Assembly (NCBI RefSeq): GCF_009914755.1
Contig: NC_060926.1
DNA from: the human T2T-CHM13v2.0 reference genome, Homo sapiens
Reading direction: 5' to 3' (one strand)
Length of the DNA: 64,000 nucleotides
Under the pieces are notes generated by a model that had not been told where the DNA came from, searched no databases, and saw nothing but the letters and a program-made list of their open reading frames with translations. Positions 39,524 to 57,434 of this stretch are shown piece by piece. The number at the start of each line of letters is the position of its first letter. The stretch's first letter is position 1. The position numbers and the translations under genes were made by a program.

Positions 39524-40709
39524 TTACAAGAACCAAGATTTTTGAAAGAACAATTTTTGAAAATCAAAAGGCAAAGATTTGAAAGATAAAGGTATAACAT
39601 TAGCCTACAAATAAACAATTAAGGTTGCGGTTTTCCAGGGAGTCAATAGGATGACAGAGAACCTGACAAGAACGAGGTCAGGGTGACCTGCATGGCTTCC
39701 AGGGATCACACAGAGAAGAGCAGAGATCATACTTGGAAAGAACTCAGTTTCTGCCCTAAAGAAGACCAATACAGCCAAACCAAGGGCAGTCGGGCAGGTG
39801 ATGGAACCAAGCCACGCTGAAGTCTGTCCACCACCGTTCAGGGGAGTGCTGTTCCCCGTCCCACCAGGAGAACTGCTAGCATTGCCTTCATTGCCCGCCG
39901 TGAAGGTCTTCCTTTGATCGCTGTTTGCACCTCACTCCATGACACCCAGGAGAAATGTGACCCGTATACATCCTGATGTTTCAGTCAGCCCATCTCAACT
40001 CTACTATAAATATTTTTCAATAACCCAGCACTTTTTAAGGCCCCTAAAAGAAAGGGTAGAACCGTGGATGCCCGACAGGACTGGGTAGTGCAGAGAGAAC
40101 CAGCAGCTCAACTTGGGTGGTTTCAGAAAAACAAAAAACAAAAAACAAAACAGTTCAAAACTTCACTTTGAGCCAGGACAGTGGAAAGAGCCACAGCTGT
40201 TCTATTAGTATCAGTATTTTTAGCAGAGTCTACTTTCCTCAGGCTGCAACTTTTCTTACTGGAAAAGTGCAACCACCTCTTAACTGATCTCCCTGAAACT
40301 GTTCTCTCCACCCTCCAGTCTTTTCTGTACATTGCTTGCAACAATTACCTTCCAAAAAATCAAATGTGGTCATGTTTCCTCTCTAGAAATCTTTATTATC
40401 CTGTTGTTGCATACAAGAGGAAGGCCAAACTCAGCAGCATTAACTGGACTGCCCTTCAAAACCCAGTCGCAGTCAAAATTTTAGCCTCAACCTATGCCTC
40501 TGCCAGTGTTTAAACTTAAATGTTAGCCATTTCAAACAGGGCAGAGCTTTTCCATACGGTTGAATATTTACTCACTGGTTCTTCCTCCTAGATTATCATG
40601 AACTTGGTTCTCTGCCCAGCAAACTCCTTCCCAACTCAAATACTATTATGACCCTATAAAAAGTTACTTGCTTTCTCTCTCATTTACCGAGGTGCTTTAT
40701 TCAGATTAA

Positions 40710-41031
<322 letters not shown>

Positions 41032-41649
41032 CCGTCAGATTCTTTGATCATGATTTCCTCTTGTCTCTTTCCCTACTGGACTGACAGCTCCTTGAGAGCA
41101 GTGACTTCCTTCCACTTGCTCCTAGGAGCCACCCTATACATGTTTGTTGAATGACTCAGTCCACAATGAGTGACACAGCTGACTAACATAAAACTAAAAT
41201 GACCTTTGTTCACACAACAGGCTACAGTACTTTGTTAATTGTTCTGATCCAGCTTTTTTTTTGTACTTGGAAGTTTATTTGTTCATCGCGCATCATTTCT
41301 CTATGTTTGGTCAATCATTCCAGCCTGACAAGGTAGTTTTTTTTTTTTAATCATTTTTTAAACCTTCTGAGTCTGTTATCCAAGGAATAATGTTGCCTCT
41401 TCCAGCTGCATCCTCAGCACCATTTATAATTGTGCCATCAATTCCCTCATCCAAGTTATAAATATCAGTTCTGGACAGAGAGTTTTACATGGCAGTTACC
41501 CTATCTTCTCTAGAATTATACTTATTTCTTGTTTTGTCAACTTGAATGTGAACTCCTCAAGACAGGCATCATGGACCTCTCATGTTTATGTTCTCTTAAC
41601 TTTCTTGATTTTAATAAACACTACAAAATATCCTAGTGTCCCTTGATGG

Positions 41650-41900
41650 TGGTGACAGAAAGCGGGTTCTGGAATCAGATGACCGAGGATCAGACCACAG
41701 CCCCCCACCTGCAGGTCAACTTAGGCAAGTTTCTCAAACCCTTCTAGCCATCAATGACATTTTCTCATATACAAAATGTGGAAAAAAGTAGTACCTACAT
41801 GACAGAATTGTCTTGAGAGAATAAAACAGATAATGTATGTAGAACGTTTCATGCTATACTTAATCCAGAGTGTTTAATATAATAATAGTTATTAGAGGTA
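41650..41900. mobile_element. MIR
   Basis: CTTAGGCAAGTT...CTCATATACAAAATG core-like motif. Confidence 0.65.
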
Positions 41901-41964
41901 TTAGTTGAATAAAATAAATAATGGAAATATCAATGTCATCAAATCTACTAATTTATTACTCAAG

Positions 41965-42380
41965 TGTATACTTTGCTAGGGCTGCCATTACAAAGTACCA
42001 CAGTCTGGGTGGCTTTAGCAACAGAAATCTATTTTCTCACAATTCTGGAGGCCAGATCTCCAAGATCAAGGTGTCAGCAGGGTTGACACCTTGAGGCCTT
42101 TTTTTTGTTTTGTTTTGAGGCCTTTATTCTTGGTTAGTAGGTGGCCATCTTCTCCTTGCACCTTCACATGGTCTTTCCTCTGTACCTGTCTGTGTCCTAA
42201 TCTCCTCTACTTACCAGAGCACCAGTTATACTGGATTAGAGCCCACTCCAACAAACTCATTTAACCTTATTTATTTTTTTAAAGACCCAATCTTGAAATG
42301 CAGTCATTCTTAGACACTGAGAGTTAGGATATCAAACATAATTTTTTTTTGGAGAGGGGACACAATTCAGGCTGTGATAA
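41965..42380. mobile_element. MaLR LTR (MLT1A/B-like)
   Basis: TAGGGCTGCCATTACAAAGTACCACAG and TCCAAGATCAAGGTGTCAGCAGGG motifs. Confidence 0.85.
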
Positions 42381-42469
42381 TCAGTAATAGCTATCACACC
42401 CATTATAAGTAATATCTAAGTTAGTCATGATCAGCTGTATAACCATCAACAACAACTCACTGACCCTTC

Positions 42470-42998
<529 letters not shown>

Positions 42999-44063
42999 CA
43001 GCTGAAACAGGGCTTAGCTCACACAGTTCAAAACTAGCTGAAGGCCTGACTTTCCCTGGTGACCATACCAGATACAATCATAAAGCAGGGAAAAAAGAGA
43101 ATGTGCCTGGCGACTCCTCTTCTGGAAACTCTCTGGGAAATCCGTCCTTTTGGCCACTATCAATGCCTGGGGGCAGCTTAGATTGAAAACTGTGGTGCCC
43201 CATTAGCAGGCAACTTTCCTCCAAGAAAATGTTATTTTTCTTTCCCTTATTGAATTACTGGCTTCATTATATTGGGGTTTATTTGGGAGGGGAAATTTCT
43301 GTCTTCCTTGAATTAAAACCTGTGGTTAGACATGGTTCTTTTGTACATATACCGTTTCATAGGGTTTTGAAAAAAGGAAGGGATGAAGGAAAAGAAAATG
43401 ATGAGGATAAAACCACCAGTTGGCTTAGTTCTCTGTAAATATTTTCTTTTTTTTTTTATTGACAAAGATTACGCAAGACTTTATTTTTACTTATAAAGTG
43501 AACATATTTAGAAACATTATTAATCCCTTAAAATAACCAAGATGTTGCTTATCAATAGGTATTAACTATATTATATACAATATATGAATATTTTATTATA
43601 TAAAACATATTTATATAAATATAATGTATATAATATATAAAATAAGCTTTGGTAGTGAATAATAATGGTTAGCTTAATCAGTATAGTAATGATAATTTTT
43701 TGCTCTCCTGTGCAAATGACACTGGGATGTTCTTATAACTTTTATGTGCTCATCTATAATTTCATCTGTCTTTACAGAATCAGGAAAATTACTATCTTGT
43801 TCTCCATTCTACTTTTTGCACTTAGTCTCTGTCATGTAGTAAGAATTTGATAATCACTGTTAATTATTTTAGCTATAAAACCAAAGATTTGCAAGAAGTA
43901 CGTATTTATGCTCATTCCATATTTGTAGAATTTACATTGATTGATTGTTTTTTGAAAAGATAATATTTTCATATGGTTAAAATTTATAAGGGAATATCAT
44001 GAAGTATCTCTGTTTCCAATTCCCAACTTCCATTCCTGGTCTCAATCAGTATTATTAATTCTA

Positions 44064-45562
<1,499 letters not shown>

Positions 45563-45867
45563 GAAAAGTGATTTTCTAAATGCAGAGTTCTGATAACCTC
45601 AAACGGTCCCTTCCTTGGACGGTTATTTTGAAGAATAAGTAAGGAAGTATACACAGCATATTGCCTGACTGGTATTAAGCATTACATATTCTTTCAAAAA
45701 GGGTGGGCAGCTGGAGGGATGAGGCATGGCCCCCTTTTCCCAGGATCTTCTTTGGGCACATGGATGCCTAACCCTAAGCTGCAAAAATATGCAGCCCAAC
45801 CCCCGAAGGAGAAGAAATGTCTGCTTCCTATTTGTCTTTGCGCGTGTGCTTTGCTTGGCCTTCTCAG

Positions 45868-46061
45868 GGTCTCTCTGGCACCAGAGCAGCCAAGCTGCTG
45901 GCCCACCATGGGCCCAGTGTCCTCACGCCTCCCAAGCAGACACCAGAGATTGTCAGGTTCCTCAAGCAGATGGTGGAAGGTTCTCCCTCCTCCTGTGGAC
46001 CGGCACCCTCCTGTGCTGGATCGCATGTGGGATTCAGCACTACCAACAGTCCCTGGACAAT
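45868..46061 (+). pseudogene. ATP12A-like exon remnant A
   Basis: Reads [36 protein letters not shown] / [19 protein letters not shown] versus recalled [57 protein letters not shown]. Donor reads ATAAGT. Confidence 0.9.
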
Positions 46062-46787
46062 ATAAGTCTCTTGAGTGTCCCCTCCTGGTTTTGCTCAGGC
46101 AGTAACAGGGAGAACAGAGGCTGTCACTGCATGGGTGTGGGAAAAACAGTCATTTCCTCTGCTGTAAAACAGAAATGGTATCTGCCTTTCCAATGTCTCA
46201 CAGGCAGTTTGTGCATGAATTTCACAAAAGAGAGAGACAGACATGAAGCACCCTGCATTTTTAAGAGGAAGAAAATATGCATCCATGTGAAGTATCTTTG
46301 GGCTCTGTTTCCTCCAAGCTAGCCTTTCCCTTTAACATGGAGAGCATGTGTGCCTGATGAGACCTGGGAAATCAAATCACAAAATTGAGTCCGCCACATG
46401 ACGCTGACAGACAGAAACCAGAGGCAGCCAGCCATGTGTCGCAGGATTAAATTGACGTGAAATGTGCAGAATAGGCACATCCACAGGGCAGGAAGCAGAT
46501 CAGTGGTGCCGGGACTGCGGATGGAGCAAAGGGTACTGCAGAGGGGCAGGGGGCATCTGCTGGCAGCATTGAGATGCTGAGGCTGAAGTGCAGGATGGTT
46601 GCACAACTCTGCAAACTTACAAAAAAATCAACAAATGGTGCACTTAACATAGGTGAATGCTGTGGCCTGTAAATTACACCAGGTCACAGCTGCCAGCATC
46701 ACATCCTCCTATGGAGAGCCCCAGCCTCCAGGCTTGGGTCCTTGCTGCTGCCTATTTCTCTGGCTGATGCCCCTGCTCCTCACCCAG

Positions 46788-46898
46788 GTGTACTTGGCTA
46801 TGTACTTGTCCTAGTTGTCATTTTGATAGGGATCTTTACTTGTTGGCAAGAGATAAAAAGCACTGACATCGTGTCCACCTCTTTAAGATGATCCTCAG
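46788..46898 (+). pseudogene. ATP12A-like exon remnant B (TM2)
   Basis: CAG acceptor and GT donor. Reads VYLA..VLVLVVILIGIFTCWQEIKSTDIVS versus recalled [30 protein letters not shown]. Confidence 0.85.
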
Positions 46899-47792
46899 GT
46901 GGGTGCCAGCCACCCCTCCTCTGGTCTCTGGTGACTCCCAGGTGAGGAAGCCTCAGGAGAGTAGGAGCTTGGGGCCCCAGGAGCCGAGAGTCCCTGCTCA
47001 AGCTCCGGCCTGCCCTTCCCTGTCTGAGAAAGCTTGGGCAAGTTACATCTCTCTGAACCCTGTTCCTCACAGGATTTTGATGATCAAGCGTGTTCCCATC
47101 CAGGAAAATGTGAATCACTGTCCAACATCTATGCCTGCTCTCAGCATTTGTGGACAGTTATCTGGGGGCTTCTGGAAGGAGCCTGTAGAAGGTCAGGGAG
47201 TTTCTTAACCAAAAGCAGAGGAGATCCACCTGGGATTGTTGATCTGTGACTGTTCTGAGACAGTCTGAGTCCCAAAATGCACTCAGCGAGGGGACCTAGC
47301 ACTCCCCTCTCACCAGGAACCCTGACAGGTGTCCAAGGCAGGAAAGCCATGCTGGCCCTGGCTCAGGGAGCTGCTGGCTGGAGTGAAGGTTCTAGGTGCA
47401 AAGGATGCCTCCTGCCGAGCTCAAAGCAGGAGATCACCTTGTTAGAATTTCCCTGACCCTCACCAGATTATTAACACCTTCAGTGTTCTTCCCAGATGCC
47501 CAGCCAGTATAGCTCACCCTTGTTTCCCTTTCTATGAGGTCCAGGGCTCTTGCTTTGTTAGATCTGCCTGACAGCAGCCTTTTCTGGTTCCAAGAACATC
47601 TCTTTGAGCTTAAGAAAGAATAGTTCTTAGAGTCTTCAGCTCCTAGGTCAAACCATCTTCAGTTGTATTCTTGCCAATGTGACAGCTTCAGGTTCCAAGG
47701 CCTCCATGCTGGGGTTTGCTGCAGCACAGATTGGAGAGGAGGGCTGGGGTCCTTCTAGGATATGAGGCACCTGTCACAGCTTTCTTCTGCAG

Positions 47793-47921
47793 CAAGCTCT
47801 TGTCATCTCAGATTCTGAGGAGATCATCGCTGCAGAGCAGCTGGGGTGTGGGCATTGTGGAGGCTGAAGAGAAGACCAGATCTCTGCAGATATCAAGGTG
47901 CTGCCTTCTATGGGGTGTCGG
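47793..47921 (+). pseudogene. ATP12A-like exon remnant C
   Basis: Reads QALVISDSEEIIAAEQL..IVE..DQISADIKVLPSMGCR versus recalled [45 protein letters not shown]. Donor GCAAGT. Confidence 0.85.
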
Positions 47922-48049
47922 GCAAGTGGCAGGGGCACCAGCCCTGGGGACTGTGCTTAGAGCAGCTGGTGTTCCACCTTTCCCTACCTCAGTGTAAGAG
48001 GCAAGGAACAAGGTGCCTAATTTTGATCTGTTTTCCACATTTCTTCTAG

Positions 48050-48165
48050 GTGGGTAACTCGCCCGTCATGGGGGAGTCTGAGCCCTAGGCCCGCTCCTCT
48101 GAGTTGCACACGAGACCCTCTTGGGAACAAGAACATCTGTTTCTCTTCTCCAACCTGTCTGGGAG
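48050..48165 (+). pseudogene. ATP12A-like exon remnant D (TGES loop)
   Basis: Reads VGNSPVMGESEP*ARSSE..KNICFSSPTCLG versus recalled [39 protein letters not shown]. TAG acceptor and GTGAG donor. Confidence 0.88.
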
Positions 48166-48423
48166 GTGAGGCTGCTAGCTCTCGGGCTGCATGCCCACCC
48201 ACACCCCTTCTCCCTTCTGGGGCCTCATGTCTGTTCTTTGTGACACCTTGTTACAAAGCTTGTCATAGAGGAAGCATGAAACTGAAGGGCCTAGATGACA
48301 CATGTTTGGTCTTCATAACATCACACACTCATGGATCATGCAAGCGCTGAGGGAGGGCTACAAGCTGGCTGTGTGCCCCTCATAGCTAACATCCCTGGAA
48401 TAAAATGTCTACTTCCCTGGTAG

Positions 48424-48686
48424 GCATCGCCACGGCATAGCGATCGGCACGGTGACCGCACACCACTGGTCATATTGCCTCCTTGATCTCAGGAGTTGGA
48501 AATGAGAAGACGCCATTGCCGCTGAGAGGGGGCACTGTGTTGGTCTGTGGCGGGAATGGCCATCTCCACCGGCACCCTTTTCTTCATCATGGCAGTGTCC
48601 CTGCAGTATCACATCCTGGACTCTGTTATATTCCTCACTGGCATCACTGTGGCCAATGTGCCCAAGGTGTCCTGGCCACTGTTACT
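48424..48686 (+). pseudogene. ATP12A-like exon remnant E (TM3-TM4)
   Basis: Reads GDRT..GHIASLISGVGNEKTP...[34 protein letters not shown] versus recalled GHIASLASGVGNEKTPIA...[20 protein letters not shown]. Donor GTGAGT. Confidence 0.9.
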
Positions 48687-48879
48687 GTGAGTCCCTGCTG
48701 TTAGGCAGCTGCACTCAGCCCTGTGGACACAGCATTGCTGCTCTCTCCACCAAGTCCAGGGCACCAACCCTCCCTGCCAGGGACAATCACGGCACCTTCT
48801 GAATAGACTGTTTCTTAGAGGGACAAAAGGAATTGTCTAAAATTAGACAAACTTACTTTAAAACAACAACAAAAATATT

Positions 48880-49550
48880 AACAGAAATAAGGATATTTTA
48901 TAACGACAAAGGGTAAATTAATCAGGAAAATGTAAAACTTATTGACATGTATGCACTCAGGGAAAGAGTACAGAAACACAAGAAGCAAAACTTGACAGAA
49001 ATGAAATAATTCAGCAATGATAGTTGGAGACTTTAGTACCCCACTTACACTAATGGGTATAACAACTAGACACAAGATAACAAGGAAATAGAAAATATGA
49101 ACAACATCAGAAACCAAATACACCTAACAGATACATATAGAACACACCATTCAACAGCACAATCTGTATTCTTCCCAAATGCACACAGAACATTTTCTAA
49201 GACACTATGCAAAGCCATAAAACAAACACCAATTAAATTGAAGGATTAAAATAATACAAAGAATATTTTCTCATCATGATAAAAGCACATTAAGGATCAA
49301 TGAAAGGAAGAAATCTGGGAAACTCCTAAAAATGTGAACATTAGCAGAAACTTTCCAAAATAATAAAAGGCCAAAAAAGAAACCACAAGTAGTATAAGAC
49401 AGTATTTTAAGATAAATGAAAAAGTAGACAAAACCTAAAAAAAAAACTTACAGGATTAATTGAAAACCATGCTCTGAAGGAAGCTTACAGCAGAATTCCA
49501 TCAATGAAAAAGCAGAAAAATCTCAAATCAATAACTAAATGCCTGTTAAA
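48880..49550 (+). mobile_element. Old L1M ORF2 endonuclease-region fragment
   Basis: A-rich, with the IVGDFSTPL-like motif (ATAGTTGGAGACTTTAGTACCCCACT). Confidence 0.8.
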
Positions 49551-49789
49551 AACATTTAAATGGAAATGGCTGACCCCACTCATCTGAGAAAAGGATATCA
49601 GTTGGGGCAAAAATAGTCTTGTTGAAAAACCCTAGGAAGGAAGACTTGGAAAGGACACCCTCTGGAATTCAGGGCTGTGACAATAGTTTTGGAAATCTAG
49701 AAGGCAATGTGGATGCTCAGGGCCAGGCACGTGATCAGGAATGACCCAGGAAGACCCTAAGCTCTCACCTCTGACCTTCAAATTCTGCA

Positions 49790-52522
<2,733 letters not shown>

Positions 52523-52532
52523 AGCACAAACA

Positions 52533-52682
52533 CCTTTCCAAAGGAGGCAAATCAAATACGCATCTATCTCAGTGAGCAGGGGAGAGACTTTAAATAAAAT
52601 GGGAGGCAGGTTTGCCCTAAGCAGCTCCAAGCTTAAGTTTAATTTAATGATTTTGGGGGGCCCAAAATATTTTCCTTTCACA
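52533..52682 (-). mobile_element. ERV1 LTR 5' fragment, MER4-like
   Basis: Reverse complement begins TGTGAAAGGAAAATATTTTGGGCCCCCCAAAATCA and contains GCTGCTTAGGGCAAACCTGCCTCCCATT. Confidence 0.75.
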
Positions 52683-53212
52683 GGCGCAATGGGAGCTCAG
52701 GGTCTCCTGAGAGCATCTTGTGTGCAGGCTCGAGGCACCTCCACTCGCTTCCACAGGGGAACACGGAGGACACAAGAAACCCTTCACACACACGATTCTC
52801 TGATCGCAGTTTTGGATTCAGGCTCCCTGCTTTCGGCATCTGGACGCCGCAGGCGGAAGCTAGGGTCAGGGTGGAACGCTGCCTCTGGAGGGAGCCCGGG
52901 CCTAGAGGCTGCCGGGTCCCCGCTCCCAGCTGGAGCTCAGCCCTGCGGGCGCCCGAGGAGCGGGGGCATCGGAGATCCTGTCCTCCGCACCCCTGGCCCG
53001 CTCTCGGCTCAGGGCCGCACCCCAGCTGTGCAGGATGCCCCGCGATGTCTGGGGGCCCCGCGCTCAGAGCACCCCGGGCGCTCTGCGCCACTGCAGAGTG
53101 TGCAGCCCTGGCAGGGGAGCCGTGCCTCCCTCTGCTACCCACACTCGGGACCCAGAGCAGATCTCTGGCCCCAGGATCCCCCTTTTTAATGTGCGCTGCC
53201 CCATCATCCGTG

Positions 53213-53517
53213 ATTTTTTCTTTTATTTTTCTTTTTTTGGACAGAGTTTCGCTTTGTTGTCCAGGCTGGAGTGCAATGGCGCGATCTTGGCTCCCTACAA
53301 TCCCCGCCTCCTGGGTTCAAGCAATCATCGTGACTAAGCCTCCTGAGTAGCTGGGATTACAGGCGCCGGCCACCACGCCCAGCTGATTTTTTGTATTTTA
53401 GTAGAGGCGGGGTTTCACCATCTTGCCCAGGCTGGTTTCCAACTCCTGAGCTCAGGCAATCTGCCTGTCTGGACCTCCCAAAGCGCTGATTACAGGTGTG
53501 AGCCACAATGCCCGGCC
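53213..53517 (-). mobile_element. AluS
   Basis: Full dimer. Confidence 0.93.
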
Positions 53518-56067
53518 TCGTGATTCTTACAATTGTATCACTCCTGTGTTTGTCCGGGGTTTATCACTGCAGCACCCCTTCTCCGTCCATCTGGGGCCCG
53601 CTGTCCCCTCAGGATGCTGTCAGCCTTGGAGCTGGCAGAGACCAGTCTGGCCCTGGATGCCCAGACCTTACCTCTCCTCTGTCGCAGGGTCCTCTTCCTA
53701 CACCTTGTTCGCCCCCCAGCTTCCTGGCACAGTTCTTGCTCCCTGTAGCAGCAAGAGACTGAGCTTAATGCCAGGAAATCTGGGCTGTGGGACGGGAGGG
53801 TGGGCTGCCAGTGAGGGTGGCACTGAGCTGACCACCTAGGACAATGGTGGCACCTGGGGCTATGGCGATGGGGGCCACATGGGCTGGGCAAGGCACTCTG
53901 GAGATGGCTGCCCAGGAGAATGATGAACTGGTAGGACCACGCCTAAGCGGCCCTGTGTGAGGCAGGAGAGGCCAGCAGCTTGCCCCCAGCAGTGTGCTGT
54001 GTTTGTGAGGAAGCTGCCGGCCCAGGCAGTGCACCAGGAAAGCCCTCCGGTCTCCAAAGAGGGCCTGCACAGCTTTGCCAATGGTTTTTTTCCAGGGTAG
54101 CTGCCAGGTCCTGGAATGAGCAAGACTCAGCTGCCCAGAGGGGTCCCTGCGGACAGCAGGGGCTGGGATGGGACACCTGATAGCCAGTGAGAAATACAAG
54201 CACGACTTGAGAGAAACACAAGCCTTATTTTCAGTCTTACAAATAAGGCGATCCTCATTTTGTCATGTGCATTTGTGTACCCGCTGAATAGCAAAATAAC
54301 AGCAAGAAAAGATGACAATTTATATTTTCATAGACTCAGAAAAAGTAACAGGCAACAGTGTGTTTCAAATTTTCGATTAGTTGATTTTACAGTGCAAACA
54401 TGGAAGAATCTGCAGCATGCTAGGACAAAATAATTTTATTAATTTTATAATTTTACTGAGATTGCTATTTAAAATAATTAGATGTGGGGATACTACAGGA
54501 AAATAGGAAAAAGTTCATGCTGCAGATGAGTTTTTCAGATGAGTTTTCACAAATATTTTTGAATCTTGAATCTTTGAATAAGATGAAATTATTCTGAATA
54601 TGTGTGTTTGGGTGATAACAGTTGCCAACAAAAATATGGCTCATAACACCAGTTTCATTTGATTGCCTTTGGTACATTTTAAAAAATGCTACACTACTTT
54701 ATTCCACATTAGGTGAAATTTATTTTTTCTTACAGTCAGATTTTATCGTGTAAAAAACATTCTGGATATGTAGGTAAATTTGATTTATTATCTGATTATA
54801 GGAGTTTCTGATTGTAACTGACATTGTTTGGATACAGGAGAGTTAATTAATCATCATTAATGAATCACAGTTAATATGTCCATTACAGTTGAGTGCTACA
54901 TCTTTACACTGGAAGAAGCAGTGGATGTGTAGCAGAAACTTTCGAGTAAAATAGTTCTGGGTTCTTATAATCCCTTCTCTGATATCTACCAACTCTGTGT
55001 CCTTAGGCAAGTTAATTACCATCACTTTCCTGATCCATAAAGGGAATAATACTAATATCTACAAAATATGGTTAGAGTGAAGTTTCATGAAGTGATGAAT
55101 GTAAATAACCTGGCAGAGTGCCTGGGGATACAGCATGATTCATCACGATACCTGCTAATATTAATACTGTCTAGTTAGAAAATTATTTAGATAAAATCAT
55201 CTGGGTAATCATCACGGTGTATTAGCAACACAAAATCAATTTATAACCTCTTTTTACTCCTTCTGCTGGAGAAGCTGTAAAGCCTAAAGATTTGCCTTCT
55301 CAGTTTCCTTCTGGCTAGAGCTAGTCATGAGACCTTGTGGCCAATGGAATGATACCAACATACAAGACTTCTGGAAAAACCGGACAGACTCAGGTGACCT
55401 AGATTTTAGCTGTTTGCCCCTTCTCTTTTCCCTTGTCTTTCTAATATCTGGGATGTGGGTGTGATGTTTGAAACTGTTCCAGCTGCCTTCAAACTGTAAG
55501 AATGGAAAAATAAAGAAACCTGAATCATTGATGAAATTTTTGAGCTACAATGTGAGAACCAACACATCTGCATCTAAGTGACTTTACTCAGTGGAGAAAC
55601 TCTTGCCCCGATAACACTGAAACTTACATTATTGTTAGTTTCAGGAACATCCCCTAATCTGTTTATCTGAACAACAGACCACTCAACTAATCCTCATTTC
55701 TCTCTTCTCAGGACAGCAGATTATCCAAACCAACTAATCAACTGGCTATCTACCCAACAAGAGTCCCTTCCAAATCCTTACCTCCCTGTGTTCACTAACC
55801 CTTAGCTATTGTACCTTGAAGTTTACCCAGTTTCAAGCACGCCTCACGTTAAGAAAGCCATGTTAAACCAGACACCAAATATCTCACAACCGTCCTGCCT
55901 GTGGCCTCCTTACTATAAGTAGCTAGTAAGATGCTCTGCAAGTGGTGGTGTCCCATACAACAGTAAGCAGTAAACTTGCCTTTGGTTTATGAAGAGATTT
56001 TGGTGGACTTTTCAGGGACTTAATCAACAAATACTAGGGCTTGATTACATAGGATAAGATTCTTTCT

Positions 56068-56366
56068 CTTCCTTTTTTTTTCTTTAGAGACAGGATCTCA
56101 CTCTGTCGCCCAGGCTGGAGTGGCATGGTGCGATCATAGCTCTCTGCAGACTCGATCTCCCAGGCTTAAGTGATCCCTCCACCTCAGCCTCCTGAGTACC
56201 TCAGACTACAGGTGCATACCACCATACCCAACTAATTTTTAAATTTTTTGTAGAGATGGGGGTCTCGCCATGTTCCCAGGTTGGTCTCAACTGCTGGCTC
56301 AAGCGATATTCCCGCCTCAGCCTCTCAAAGTTCTAGGCTAACAGGTGTGAGCCACTGTGCCCAGCC
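56068..56366 (-). mobile_element. AluJ
   Basis: Diverged dimer. Confidence 0.9.
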
Positions 56367-57074
56367 AAGATTCTTGATACAGGTAAAATGAACCTCTTTT
56401 GTTCAAGCCACTGAATTTTGGTTTCGTTTATTCCTGAGCATATCTCTAACAAATTGTGCAGCTATTATTGTTCATAAAGTAATTTATGTAAAGACTATAC
56501 TAGAACAGTATTTACTATACTATATTTGCATAGGATTTAGCAGAGAAATCATCAAGTAATGGTAGTTTTCCTTACTTTATGGCCAGTCATTAAATGTTCG
56601 TTCACATAATCTTCATGAAAGGATTTTGAGGGACAATTTTTTTAAAGTACATTCTGTCTGGTCAGTCACAACTCAATTCAAAACCCCATTCTGCCATCTG
56701 CTCACTATGTGACCCTGGGCACATTGATGAACTCCTAATCAGGCCTCAGTTTCCACACATGTAAAATTGTCATAGCAACCTTACTAGATTTTTTAAGGAA
56801 AATAAAAATAACATTATTGATAAATAAATGTAAACTATTTAGGAGAAACTTAGTTCAATTATGAAGCATTCGATGTGTTATGCTTTCCTCAAAGCTTCAT
56901 GTTGTTCATGGTTTGCCCCTGCCTTGTGAAAGCTCCCTACTGAAGTCTCAGCCCTCTGTTCTAAACTGCTCTCTTCTCCACCCTAAAAACAACAAGAATT
57001 TTAAACCTCTGTTAAATCTCTAAAAATTCTAAGATTAATTCCTATTAAAATGGTAACAGCTATTAAAATTTAAT

Positions 57075-57434
57075 ACAGGCTAAGGATCCCCTTACCTTGG
57101 GACCAGAAGTATTGTGGATTTGGGTTTTTTTTTTTTAAGACTTTGAAATATTTGCATATACATAATCAGATATGTTGGGGATGTAATCCAAGTCTAAACA
57201 GAAAGTTCATTTATGTTTTGTATACACCTTATACAAATAGCCTAAAACTAATTAGATAAAATATTTTAAATAATTTTACGCATAAAAACAAATCTGACTG
57301 CATTTTGACTGTGACCCATCACCTAAGGTCAGGTGTGGAATTTTCCACTTATGGCATCATGTCAGCACTCAAAAAGTTTCAGATGTTGGAGCATTTCAGA
57401 TTTCAGTATTTTGGATTAAGATGCTCAATCTGTA
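57075..57434. mobile_element. Tigger4/MER46-like MITE
   Basis: TACAGGCTAAGGATCC...GATGCTCAATCTGTA ends and the GGTGTGGAATTTTCCACTT motif. Confidence 0.75.

Larger units (their letters stand above)
45868..48686 (+). pseudogene. Unprocessed partial pseudogene of ATP12A (non-gastric H+/K+-ATPase alpha), 5 consecutive exon remnants covering TM1-TM4 and the actuator domain
   Basis: Five blocks with AG acceptors, in the correct order, matching recalled ATP12A peptides. They carry frameshifts and stops. Confidence 0.9.
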
